DNA of 61,587 nucleotides, filler included, from Choristocarpus tenellus KU-1152 (taxonomy: Eukaryota; Protista; Phaeophyceae): assembly GCA_964200185.2 (NCBI GenBank). It is 10 parts of 10 records of this genome, joined end to end, with 100 filler letters (N's around TTAATTAATTAA, not from the genome) between each part and the next. Parts side by side here need not be neighbours in the genome. Positions count along the whole stretch, not along the records: positions 25,674 to 30,944 come from CAXNAD020011299.1; positions 31,045 to 34,037 come from CAXNAD020023070.1; positions 34,138 to 39,304 come from CAXNAD020011639.1; 7 more parts are not named here. The stretch is one strand, 5' to 3'. Position 1 is the stretch's first letter; each line of letters opens with the position of its first letter. Below are positions 25,750 to 38,830 of the stretch, piece after piece. The notes below the pieces were generated by a model. That model worked only from the letters and a program-made list of their open reading frames with translations. It searched no databases and had not been told where the DNA came from. Both the position numbers and the translations under genes were made by a program.

Positions 25750-28700
25750 CACATTGTCCCCAGCAAATGGTACACGGGAGAGATCAGAAGGTGGGTCTAG
25801 CACCACCAGGGAACCATCAAACACCGTCTCTGCCGAAACATCGATGACGTCAGGTTCAATTGTACGTCCAGTACAAATACGATCGACCATACACGCTACA
25901 GTGTCCACCTTTCCCTCAAGGACAACCCCTACCTTCTCCACCAGATCATGGTCATTTTCACCTTTCGATTAGTTGTAGATTAGTTGTACACCCATGACAA
26001 GAAGAAGGCATGCACAAGCACCGACGGGCACATGAAAGGGGGGCGAGGAGGAGGAGGAGGAGGAGGAGGAGGAGGAGGAGTTGGGAATTGTACAGGATGG
26101 GGAAATCAACAGGTTTACGATAGATCAGTGGTATTGACATGTATATAGTTGTGGCAATGACTCAGAAGGGGTTCTATTGTCAGGGCTGGGCCATGGGCCA
26201 GGATGGACAAGGTGTATAATGAAAGGACTGGGTCAGATCTGACACACACATCGATGTGAATGAAAGTTTAAACATGCGATACATACACATACATACATAC
26301 ATATACACATATACATACATATATACATATACACATACACATATATATACATACATATACATATACATACATATACACATATACATATAGACATACGTAT
26401 ACACATATACATACAGACATACGTATACACATATACATATAGACATACGTATATTCAGGAGTTTGATCAGGCGGTAGCTATTCTCACGTCTTGACTATAA
26501 TCTCATGCATTGAAAGTATATGAATACACCAGAAGGACATGGTACACCAACAAGCAATCTCATCATTTCATTCTCAACTCAAACACAACAATTGCTGCAT
26601 ATATAATATATGCAATGTACTGTATGACACACTTCTTGTGTACAGCATCTGATACATACAACATTCATAGAACACTTGCTACACATGACACACTGAACAT
26701 AAAAAACTAAAAAAAAAAAAACTTTTCAAATGTCTAAATGGAAGGCAGTGCGCTCTGGCTCTTGTAAGTTGTGAAAACCCTTAGGTATAAATATATATAT
26801 ATATACATATATATGTATCACAATATCATCACTACAAACAATAATAAATATAACTGCAACAGTCACCAGGTAGAATCGCCCCCACTCACCAGCCAACCAA
26901 AGCCACTTCACACTTGTTACCTCATCAATGAATACTACAATAGTAGACCTAGTTCCATTCAAGGTCGCCTTCCACAACCAACTACACATTCAGGTGAAAG
27001 CCACATCCTGGCATCCAACTCATTTAATTGTTGGAGCTGTTCCCTACCTTCGCCTCCGCAGCACAATACCAACACAATACCAACACAATACCAACACAAT
27101 ACCAACCTACACCAAGGACACCACACAACAAGGAGCAGCGACATGGTCTTAGATTGGTACAAGGCACCCCACCAATCCAATCTAGACTTTCGAAAAAATA
27201 AATAAATAAACAACACCCCGATGAACTAGACTTTCGAAAAAATAATTAAATATACTTTTCCATTGTCTTTTCACTGTTGTGCTGGAGGGTAACATTGGAG
27301 GGTAACATTTCCTCAACCCATTGCTTCTCTGGCAGAATACCTGTACCACCTCACTGTCTGTTTGTAGTAACAAAAAAATATATAATATATGGAAGTATGA
27401 CCTACACTGGCTCAAAACAAATTCTGTAGACTTGAATAAACCCAGCTGTAGACTACTGGGGCTGATTTAAAAAATATATATATATATATAGGTACCAAAA
27501 GATTTTTAAAAAATAATTTAAAAAATATACAGACCACAGCCTGGAAAAAAAAAAGGGTAGATCTAAGTTGAAGAGCCCACCCACTGCAGGCAACTCATTT
27601 ACCCCGCCAGTTACGGGGGGGGGGGTTGCATTAAACACATTAAACAAGTTAAACACATCAGAATAAAAACAAAATAAAAACAAACCGTTATTTGCATCTT
27701 GGATGGGCAAAAAAGATATTTATGCCTCTATCCTAACATTTGAAAACAAAAAAACAAAAAGGGTTTAGGGTTAGGGTTAGGGTTAGGGTTAGGGTTAAAA
27801 ATTACCAAAAGAGTTAAAAATTGAAGGAAATAAAATGGAAGAAGTCATTGACATGGCAGACAACTCGGGACGAACTTAATTGTCAGGAAAAGACCTCCAG
27901 CCAAAAAATGGATAAATCTCTATCATAGGAGGTATGTAAGTAGGTCTTGAGCTGTCGTAGATCATACTAATCTGCACACGTACATTCCTAGGTCACTGAG
28001 TGAGTGGTTGCAAGAATACGCTTGAAACGGAGTTAAACCATGAGCAGTATTTGAATGGGTGCAACATTAGGGTTAGGGTAGAGAACGCAAGGGTTAGGGT
28101 TAGGGTTTCCACCACTTACAGGCGTACAGCACTGGACGCTCTCCATCTGGTCGGACAGGTAACTCTGACAGGAGTGGTGCCATGGCCTTGTTCATTGCCG
28201 GACCAAGGGAGCAGCTGAAGGAAGTGGCCTGTGAGACAAGTTCATGTATTTATGTGTGTATGAACATATATATATATATATATATGAATGTATGTATTAT
28301 GTATGCATTGTGTATGTGTGTGTATGTGAGAAAAATCCCATGGAATCAAAACCTTTCAAGAGGAAAAGCACCTCTTACCAGCAGCCACTTCTTCAAAGAC
28401 TTGCATACCCGCATGGCACTCTAAACAAGGACGAGAACATGATTGATAGCCTTTCAAAGTTACTAACCCTGACAGCAGAGTAAACAATGGTCAACTAAGA
28501 GCATCATGATAGACTCAACTAATCAATCTCTGCCTCACATAGGCATCTATCTCCCATGAAACCAACTGCTGTCCTCCTGAGTGTTCAAACAAATCTCACC
28601 CCTTACCCTCCAACTCCATCACCCATCAGGCATCACTCATGACTCATCACCCACCATATGGACAAGCTGCAGCAGTGTTGGCCTGTCTCCAACCACAGCA

Positions 28701-30823
28701 ATGACCTTGTCAACCCCCCTCCCTAGGTAGTCAATGATGTCACACTCCTCACTGATCACCACTACTTCTGAGGCCACAATTTCATTGTTGACAGACAAGT
28801 CTACCTCCGCCCCACACCCCTTCAAGAACACAATTGCATGTAGTAAGAATTGAATTGGGTCACCATTAGTCTGTTGAAGGCGTGAATTGAATTATGGGAT
28901 ACTCAATCATGTTTACAAGCTTCAATTTAAATCACATAAAGAGTTACATACTGCCACGTGGGCTTTCCAGCTGGTGGGAACATACAATACACAGTGTACC
29001 CGAATCCTAACCCTACCAAAAAAAAATAACATATTTGCAATAACAATAATAATAACAATTATAGTAATAGTAGTAGTAGTAGCAGTAGCAGTAGTGGTAG
29101 TAGTAGTAGTAGTAGCAATAACAGTGGAACATAACACCACACAAAAAAGGATGCCCTGTCACCACTGGCACCTTGAAGGTAACAAGGTCATCCCACCAGA
29201 GAGAGGCAGCCCACGCAAAGGGTTCTCGGCTGTTTCTCAAACAGAGATAGATTGTAATTCCTTTCACAGACATTCAAATAGAGCAACCTACCGTGCCCCT
29301 GTACCTCTTCTCGTCCCATACCATATACCCTAACAGTAAGAAAAGGGATATCCATCAGAAAAAGACCGTTTACTTTTGACTTCTTCTCAACTTCAGGTCC
29401 TTTGTGCAAAAAAATAATGTAAGAATAGTACCGCCTTCCAACAAAAAATATGTGTCACACATACTCTCATCCATATTCTCAACATCTTGTCATAGCATTC
29501 TAAAACTCCACTGTTAGTGAATTGGAGGCATTCGAATTTAAAACAAGAGAGCTTTAATTATTTTTTTTAATTGAGAAGCAAAGTAACACAGCTTAATCTA
29601 ACCATACCAATCACCTCTCTCAATTCAACCCCCTAAAAAAGTCAACCATCACTCTCCCCCTCCCCCCATCAACCCTTATGTAATAACACAGATCTCACTC
29701 TCCATGATCAACCACTCTGCTACCTCTCCAAGGAAAGTTTCATGTAACTGTTGAATAGACAATTTCCGCTCATAATTGGCAATAAATGAAGTCACCTAAC
29801 GAGAAATATGACACCAAAATCCATCATAACCATTAATAACCAAAGACATGTTGTCATAATCACCATATACTGTTAATCACCATATACCGTTAATCAACAT
29901 ACACCGTTAATCCCATACCTTCTACGGTATCTACTGGTGGTATAACCAACCTCCTACCCCCATAGATGGAGACCAATGTAGTGACTCACATAAAGCTGTT
30001 CTCATGCACCTCTACACAAGGGTTATTGAATACACAGCAAAGGAAGGGATTGCACCAGTTTACAGACGCTTCACAATCATCCCCCTTCCAATACAAAAAA
30101 TACAATGCAATGATTTCCTTGCTTGCCCAAGCTGGGGAGTTCAAGCCCGCCTCCTTTGGGTATATTCATCAGCTCAAATCAATACTCAAAGATAACTTGC
30201 TCAAAGATAACTTGCTCAAAGATAACTTACTCAAAGATAACTTACTCAAAGATAACTTACTCAAAGATAACTTACTCAAAGATAACTTATCGCATCAAAT
30301 CAAAAGTGCAGTGGGGTGCTCCCTATGCAGCACACTCATGACAAGGTGTCCCACCACTGAGTGTGACAGGAACAACTGATAACCTTCGAAACACTGAGGA
30401 TTATGGTGATTATGACAACTTAAGTTCATGCATCGCCCCCATTTCTTGAGATCCATCCTACCCACCCTTACCTTAGAGGTGATATCCTTCCATGTTGCCT
30501 TGGGACGCTGCACAATGGCGAACGGGCGGCCGCCCTTGACAATGGCCCCCATCACCAGGCCCAAACCCAACCTGCCAGCGCCAAAGTGAACATGAAGGAA
30601 CTCAGGACGTCCGTCCTCTCCACGCCCCTTCCCCTCCCCTTCCCCAGCATCTCCTGTCCCCTTCGATGACAACTGCCCCTGCCCAATTCCTAGGACCCCA
30701 TCACCAACAACTCCATCCCTCCCTCCATCCCCTACTCCTGCTGCGTCTATTCTAGCTCCATCCGAGGGAGCACCAGAGTGACCTGCTGATGCTGATGCTG
30801 ATGCTGATGCTGATGCTGATGCC
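25750..30823 (-). CDS. M1PDH: Mannitol-1-phosphate dehydrogenase (algal type), 4 internal exons, partial
   Basis: Exons 30823-30472, 28819-28655, 28228-28120 and 25961-25750 are phase consistent. Motifs [13 protein letters not shown] (Rossmann), [21 protein letters not shown] (spans a splice junction) and CMVDRIC are typical of M1PDH/long-chain polyol dehydrogenases. Confidence 0.88.
26279..26453. repeat. Mixed (TA/CA) microsatellite in M1PDH intron
   Basis: Direct reading: atacatacacatatacat... Confidence 0.9.
27764..27796 (+). repeat. Interstitial (TTAGGG)5 tract
   Basis: tttagggttagggttagggttagggttagggtta; shorter tracts near 2368, 28068-28105, 32710, 33376, 37196 and 40256. Confidence 0.85.
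30185..30289. repeat. 15-bp minisatellite x7 in M1PDH intron
   Basis: ctcaaagataactt(g/a) repeated 7 times. Confidence 0.92.
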
Positions 30824-30860
30824 CTGTGAAAATTAGTTTCATGGACAGAAGGGGTTGGGT

Positions 30861-30893
<33 letters not shown>

Positions 30894-31439
30894 GGGGAAC
30901 CGGCGGGGGGGGGGGGGGAGGGGGGGGGGGGAGGGAGGTTCGGGNNNNNNNNNNNNNNNNNNNNNNNNNNNNNNNNNNNNNNNNNNNNTTAATTAATTAA
31001 NNNNNNNNNNNNNNNNNNNNNNNNNNNNNNNNNNNNNNNNNNNNGGGGGGGGGGGGGGGGGGGGGGGGGAACAGGACCCTAGACACAAACGCTGCTGTCC
31101 CTGCCTCAGCCGTGAGAAGAAGAGTTTTTGATTTTATTTGCATGTGTGCTCACATTACTGCACTGACTCTATTTTGGGGGGAATGAACCGACCCGGCCTG
31201 TTAATCTCTTTTTTTTTTAAAGAAAGGGGTAAGAAAAAGATAGAAAAGAAAGAAATAAAGAAGAGAAAAAAATTGGGATGTCTGGCTCGCTCTTGCGTCG
31301 GTTACATTTTTTCTGTTTTTATTGTTTTCATCAGACCGGTCGCCTCTTTAGTTATTCCTGCATACTTTTTTTATTATTATTATTATTATCTCTTGTTGTC
31401 TTACATATGTGTGTGTTGTGTGTGTGTGTGTGTGTGCAG

Positions 31440-31776
31440 TTGGCAGCCAGGGGATACAATCTTCTACTGGTAGCACGCAGCAAGGAAAGACTAAAACAAA
31501 CATCAAAGGAGATAAGAACCGCCTCAAGGTGAATGAAAATCATTCAGTCTTTCATACCTCTCAGCTGACTGTGGTAGGGTACCTTGTTTTTATCAGTACC
31601 TTTACTGTAAAGTACCTGATCTTTTTTAGTCTTTTTTCAAACCGTGTGTGCAGTACGTTTTTTTAGTTTTTTGTTTAGTTCATGGCGCTCCACAGGCCGG
31701 CCCTAACCCTAGTAAGCATTGGGTTACGGGTCCTGCCTACCTTTTTGGGTGAGGAGATCTGAATGCCATTTTTTTC

Positions 31777-31808
<32 letters not shown>

Positions 31809-32989
31809 TGTCTTTGATCGCTACTGATTTTCATTTTTTTATTTCTGGTGCGGTGAAGGAGGTCACCCCATCAATAAGGCTTTTTTTTATTGTTTTTATG
31901 ATTCGGTATATTGGTACCAGTATATTGGTGATTTACTGGAGTATATTTAATCGTTTGTATTGGAGAGATGACTGCCATGGTTTTATCAGCACAGCAGTGA
32001 TTTTTTTTGTAATGATACCTTGGCAAGGTGCCACAACGCAAGGGGGGGGGGCGGAATTATTTGTGTGTATCATTACCAGTATATTGGTGAAGTACACTAC
32101 CAGTATTTATTGGCGGTATATAATCATAACGGTATGTTGAATGTAGCAAAAAATACAATAGCTGCATCACTCAGCATTACCCCAGTTGAGGGCGTAAGTC
32201 AATACCTAGGTTGATCCATGTGTCCTGGTATTAGTAATTGTTTTGATTGGGGAGTAGACCTATCGAATCCTCGATTTTAAGAGCCAGTTTAATCATGTGC
32301 CATCCCTCCCTAACCTTTGTGACCATTAGTTTAGGGATAGGGTTTAGTTTGATACTTATCTCTGAGCTCAATAGACCTAATATATCGGCTGATTGCACAT
32401 TTTTTTATCTCATCATCTTAGTGGTAGGGTTAGGTTTTTAGAGGTTTTTTTAAGATGGGTGAACTGGCTAAATTATTTTTTTTCTTGCTTATTGAATTAT
32501 AACTGGCAACAGGGAAGCTGTAGAGCAAGCCCTGCGAGAAGGTAGGGTTAGGGAGGATGAGGAGGATGAGGAGGGCAACAACGGGCGTCCTCAGAGGAGG
32601 AGATTATTGCTGGGGGGGGCGGGGGGGAGGAAGAGGATAGGAAAGGCACAGGATGCAAGAGACAGTCGCATACATGCAAGGAGAAGGTTAGAGTTTGTTT
32701 GGGGTAGGGGTAGGGTTAGGGCTAGGGTCAATTTAGTATCATAGACCTCTATAATTGCTTTACTTGTAGGTGCTAATTTGTTTTTTATTTGGGATGGAGG
32801 GTTTCGGAACAATATTTATCAGTGATGTTAGTGATGATTGTCTTGTATGTGTCTTTGTCTTTGTGTGGTAATGACTGCTACTACTACCACTGGGGGTGTA
32901 TTTATTGAGGACCTTTATCTATCTGGAGGAAGTCAACACTGTACCTACTCAAATGAAACTACATTCAGAATGGACTGTCTGTCCACCAA

Positions 32990-33054
<65 letters not shown>

Positions 33055-33799
33055 TTTTGGTTGGTCCTCCACTCCATGAATTTCACCCAATAACCCCTGG
33101 GCTTTTTGATGCCAGCGATGGACTTGATTGACCCCCTCCACAAACTTCAAGATTTTTCAATAGCCCTTAGTGGAAGTAGCAAAGTAGTAAATGTCATATA
33201 GTTAAATCTCATATATAGTTAAATGTCGATAGTAGCACCATCCAATCCCGTCAAATGTGTGTGTGATGTCGCTGCCATATAGTAGCAGTGTGTACCTTAG
33301 CCCCTGTATCCCCTAACCCTTGTAACATTAACCTCGAAGGTACATACCTTTTCTTGGCAATAGCAGCAAATTCAACCCTAATCCTAACCCTAACTGCAAT
33401 CGTAACATTGGTGATGTTTAGTGGACAACCCATTTCCCTCCAATTCCTTGATGTGGTGGTCCCAATGACCTTCCTCCCAACCCCCCCCCCTCTCTCTCTT
33501 GTTTTTTTTTCTTTGGAGATAGTCGGTGGGAGGGACCCAGAACAGGGTTAGCGGTAAGCGCCACTACTGTGGACAGTCGAGAGTTGGTAGAACCTGAGGA
33601 AGCGGTAGACAGTGAAGAGAGTGAGGACGGGGGGGGGCTGGGAGGGGGAGATAGCGGGGAAGATGCAGAAGAGGAGAGGTCCTTATCAAAAGAGGCTAGG
33701 AGGGGCGGTCATTTCGGAAGGAAGGAGAAGGCTGTACAAGTCAAGTGGGTTGTTGCTGACCTTGCACAAAGCACTGGGCCTGACATTGTGTACCAGGAG
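31440..33799 (+). CDS. Short-chain dehydrogenase/reductase (17beta-HSD/KCR-like), 3 internal exons, partial
   Basis: Exons 31440-31528, 32513-32686 and 33523-33799 are phase consistent; LAARGYNLLLVARSKERLKQTSKEI ... VQVKWVVADLAQSTGPDIVYQE are classical SDR segments. Confidence 0.78.
32990..33051. repeat. (CT)n(CA)n compound microsatellite
   Basis: Direct reading. Confidence 0.9.
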
Positions 33800-34920
33800 G
33801 TAAGGTGAATACCTAGTGTTGGGGTTGGGGTTACAGTGATGTATTTGGACTTCTTTTAATTTTATAACCTTTTTTGTCATTCTTGGGTTAGGGGCGAGGA
33901 TATAGGGTGAAAAGAGCAAGTTGAGAGGTATTGAAAAACATTTATTTATATATTTATTTATCAACCTTTTTTTTTTGGGGGGGGGGGGGGGGGCGTCGAG
34001 TAACCTTCGTGTCGTGTGGATGAGTGGTCGTCTCTGTNNNNNNNNNNNNNNNNNNNNNNNNNNNNNNNNNNNNNNNNNNNNTTAATTAATTAANNNNNNN
34101 NNNNNNNNNNNNNNNNNNNNNNNNNNNNNNNNNNNNNCCCCCCCCAGATACTTTGACCCTAAAATGTATGTGTTCATTGTTCTGAGGGAAGAGGAGAGGC
34201 TAGTTCATTTTGAGCTAGAATCGGGCATATGCTCCAGAGAATTGTAGTCCATTATTGTGCATATCCTCCTCTCGAAGGAAGAAACTGGAGATTGCCACGG
34301 ACCAATTTGTAGGGGGCTGGCAGTTCAGTGAAACAGTGTGAGATATATCACTGTGGCATCATCTGTATCCATCATATCACCATCTAAAGTCTGTCAGGTC
34401 ATATCATACCAAAAAAAAAAACGTTATCCTTATTGCATTCCTGCCAGAAGTATATGCCAGAGATTCACTCCTATGTTGCAGGCCAGCAGATTACGGAGGT
34501 CTCTCACAGTTCCAGATCAATTGTTGATCTGATCGGTTACTATTTTATCACAACCCATCATGGGTCAAGAAAGAAGTGAGCTCCCAAAGTTAGAGTCCTT
34601 TGTACAATAAACTACACAGAGTATATATACAGTAGTGACAAAAACCCTCCCAACAATAAGCTATGTATATGCGAAGGTTGGGGGCTTAGGAACATGAAAA
34701 AATGAGCCGCATCAGCACCGATGAAGTGGCCGTGTCATGAGATTGAGCCAAAAGGATGCCTTCCCCCTGCAACCTCTGCTACCTGTTTATCCTTGGCAAC
34801 CCTCCAACCATAGGTTTCATCTCTTTTCTTCAACACTCGACTCACTCAAATGGAGAGTTTGTTCAATGTAACCTCAACACCCCCTTAACCTTTCAACTGT
34901 AGACAGCGGCACATAGCTAA

Positions 34921-35179
34921 GAGTCAAAGTAATTTGGAGGGTATAGCCGCGTCCATTTGGGGGACAAAATCCAATGTTCCAATTTTGATGTAATTTTTGC
35001 AATCATGTGTGTTAGGGATGTCTATATCCTTGTTCCAGACACATCTTTTCATAACGTCTACAATTTACCTACTCCAAAACATTTTGGAGCAGGTAAAATG
35101 TAATATAAAAACCTGTGGGAAGCCAAGCCCCAAATGGACAAACAGGGGAAAACTCGTACCCTCTAAGGTACTTTCACTC
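34921..35179 (-). mobile_element. MITE family A, full copy
   Basis: TIRs at both ends; flanked by TAA/TAA. Confidence 0.85.
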
Positions 35180-37859
35180 TAACATAACCATGGAAATGAT
35201 AACTGTTCCAACCAACTTGCCATCCTAAGAAGAACAAGAGAAACACAATCCCAGATCAAAGCAAGAAAATAATCTCCTGTATTATCCCACCATCTTTCCT
35301 CCGCCTGCTCATGTGATCCGAAACATTTGTGGACAACTCAAAGTGGGCAGTTGCCTTTCACATGATCCGATGCATCACCAAGGGAAATATCGACGTGCCA
35401 TCCAGTCTCCCCAAGATCTTACACTCGTCCAATAGTGTCAAGCAATGAGGACTGAATAAGGACCTACTTGCTGGGATGGTCAATTGGGGGCGAGGTTGAG
35501 GAAGAGGCAATGTATCTCTCCACAAGCTGGCCGATAGTGGAGCAAGCTACTCAGGAGGATGGGGGAGCTAGAAGGCGGGTTAGAGGAGGCAGTGAGCAGG
35601 TTCAGTGACAGGACTCTGTCCTTTTGTCACAAAATTTTGCTACAGTCCCCAATATTCAAAATTGAATTGAAGAACATTTCTAATGTATCTTTCTGTATTG
35701 TACTGTATCTTAGCATGGGCATGCAATGCGCTGTTACTCTTTACTAGCATCAAGTTTTTATTGTACCTCAGCGAACACTGTGCCATCTCCCTACTGTATT
35801 TATTCTTGGTTCTACAAATTTATCTTATTTTATGCAGTCGACAAAGACAAAAAGATGCAGTGATGGTCAACTATCACTTTGAGCTGCAGGGATATAGTAG
35901 CACATAACATAGGTGATGCTGTGTGCACCACTTGCAACCTCCCTCCTCTGCCTTGGGACCTCTCCTGGAGATAGCAACCACACCATCCTCAAAACAAATT
36001 TCCAAACAATCAATACAAGCTACATGCAAAAGTACTAAATATCAAAATATCAGCGAAAAGCTCACCTAGGGGAGCGACATAGGCAAACATGCTCTCAAGC
36101 AAGTGTCTTCCTCTCTAACTTCTTGCACAACTAGGCACACTCTAGTGTACGGCCAGCACCCCTCGCAATCCCTCCAACACCCAGGCAACAAAACAGTTAA
36201 CTCCAAACAGAAACAAAACATAAATTTCACCTCCAACTGGGCATTGAGTAGAGTCAACAGGAGAGTTCAATCTCACATAATACAAACGCTTTCCTTGATG
36301 CACTCCACATAGACATCACTTAGCTATCCATTGATTCTACCCCCACCACCACCATGACAATGCACCCAGGAATGAGATGAAGGGCGGGGTAGGGGGCAGC
36401 AGTGAGGAGAGATTCCTGACTAATTCTAATGTCCTATAGATTGGTCCGTGTACTAATATTCCACAGAGCAGACGAAAGGTTTCATCTACACTGTATTCAA
36501 ACTTCTTTGCATACTACTGAATAGTCCTTGTGAATACGATGAAGGGGGATGGGGGGGTGAGGAAATCAGCACCCCTTCCATCGCATGCATACACATATAT
36601 AGTGCTTTGTCCGTTGTCAGCCTATACAAACGTTGACAATGACCAAGGTGTAGGAATCTTTATCCCTTTCTGCTTGAGTCTCTTCTACACGGCCAGTGGT
36701 TGTCAGGCTTTGGTAAATCCAGAAGACATCAATAAGAGAGGGAAGTGATGGGAAAACGACAATCGTCAGCATGAGATGAATGAAACTATTGGTGAGGTGT
36801 TTGTGAGCTGCCATACCTCAAGGTATTCTAGTAAACTATTTTTTCGAGTCAATAAGAACACACTTGGCACATAGTGCGTTCACCTTGCCATAATCTGAGA
36901 GTGTGCAAGTGTGTGTGTTTCTTATTTGAGGGGGGGGTGATATTGGAAGGCATACGAACACAGTTCTTCACCTTGATTCTCGTGATGACCATCAGATGTT
37001 CTTTGCAAAGGACACCCATTCATCTTCTGTCCTGGTAGTCTTGCCACACTTGCAATCTACATGTGAGAAACACATTTTTTAGGATGGGGGAGGGGGAACA
37101 AGCAGTAGCTTTTACAGCTCATGGTTGAATGAATCTTTACACATTGAATGTTTGTTAATATACATTCATATGTATTGATACATATGCTTTGTGATTAGGG
37201 TTTGGGTTAGGGCCTGGTTGGGGAGGGTATTCAAATGCTGTCCCTCATGTTGACCATGTGACTCATCCTTTTTTGTGAGGTTTATGAAAATATCAAGTGG
37301 TAGCACAAGAAATGATACGAAAAACTTGATGCCCATAGGCTAGCACACTTAGATTCCCTCAGGAAAATAAATGTGAGGGGGGCATAATGTTGGGGGAAAG
37401 GATACAGGTGCAAGAATTTCTGAATTTGAAAACGAAAATGTATTCTTAGAATTGAATTAAATAAGTACATAGCTTGATGATTCTCTGTGAGAAACAGAAG
37501 GGAGATGGAAAAGTACAATAAAAGGCATCCCTTGAGAAGCGCATGTGTTCATCGCAAATGCCGAAAACAACTAGGTTGATGTTGGGATTCATTATTAGTT
37601 CAAGGCTACCACAAGTTGGTATACTGTCAAGGTTGTAGGGTGGCATAGAATTGTTGGATTAATTGACGGATTATAGAACAGTTCTCTTCTTCGACACAGG
37701 TCTTGTACATGACAACACACGAGGGATTGAGAGAACAATTTACGCTCTTCAGTAGGCGCAATTGAACGGTGCATCCAAAGGCAAAACAACTCGGTAGCAC
37801 CACAAATACTCTTGCAACACACTACAACGAGAGACGAAACTTGAGAATCTGATACCAGG

Positions 37860-38830
37860 AAAGAGTCATAGAGAGATGAGGGATTTGTTTCTGGTTATCA
37901 TGAGGTAGAGGGAACTATAGAACAGGCAGGCCCAGTGCATGGCGATCAACAATCGTCGAAAAATACGTTTTCCGTTGGTCTCATCCAGCTCTCAGTCACA
38001 TTGAAGCTGCTGGGAACAAACTGGACCCTTCGCCTAGGCTGGAAAACTTTGGAATTTCGCAAGGAGGCAACTTTGTAACAAACGGGAGGGTTGCTGATGC
38101 ACACTCGGAAAGCTCTACATACAACCCAACAATGCTCGAGCACGAGATTTGTAGAAAGGGCAGTGATTCTTCTGCCATGAGGGAAGGGATTGTAACAGGA
38201 AAGGAGGAAAAGGGGCAAAATAAGAAAGATATCATTGGTTAGATGAGACGAACATAGGGGTGATGGGTGCATGTGAGGAAGAGGAGGCGGAGGACACACC
38301 AGCACCACAGGGGCAGGGCCTGTCGCAAGGGCAGTCTGTGAAGGGGCATGTCTTCAACTTTAGTGCATCCAAGTCATCTCTCTTAAGCGATCCACATGTA
38401 CATGAGGTCCCGCAGCTGCAGGGGGCTGCTAAACTCGTGGAGGAGAAAAATACATTCCGAAACAGTGGTGTTTGAAAGAGTGGATAGAGGGTTAATTAAA
38501 GCCAGACGATATCTTGATGCAGAATAGGCTCCTCAAGATTTCTCTTGGATCCCATCAAATCGAGCTATCGAAGGTCACAAACAGCATTGGTGTGGTGTGA
38601 TTGGCCTTGATGATGCCTTTTTGGTGCGAAGGAGAGAGAAAAGGATACCTCACACAGGATCTCCACCCCTTGAAGTTCAAATAGATCTCGACACAAGGAA
38701 AATTTAAGAATCTCTTGAAGAAATATCCCTCTACCCTCTACGTAACCTTCAACGTGCTTGGCCCACTGTCGTTTTTCCAATTTGCAGGAGTATGGATAAG
38801 ATATGAAGGACAATCAATGATGTTCAAGAT
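37860..38830 (+). mobile_element. Possible degenerate Copia integrase C-terminus/RT relic
   Basis: Remnants GFVSGY, IVEKYVF, FERVDR, LDDAFL and SLYPLR in Copia order, with stops; a tRNA-iMet-type PBS TGGTATCAGA lies on the minus strand at 37848-37857. Confidence 0.3.

Noticed and set aside
26180-26446. Tyr/Met/Val/Cys-rich ORFs
   Set aside because: Translations of an intronic TA/CA microsatellite
27764-27796. (TTAGGG)n as a chromosome end
   Set aside because: Only five units, internal to an intron
29966-30379. ORF with (LLKDN)n pentapeptide-like repeats
   Set aside because: A 15-bp intronic minisatellite, antisense to M1PDH, with no other coding evidence
25674-34037. M1PDH next to an SDR (and a GT) as a carbohydrate gene cluster
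   Set aside because: They lie on different contigs separated by artificial spacers, so adjacency is not evidence of linkage
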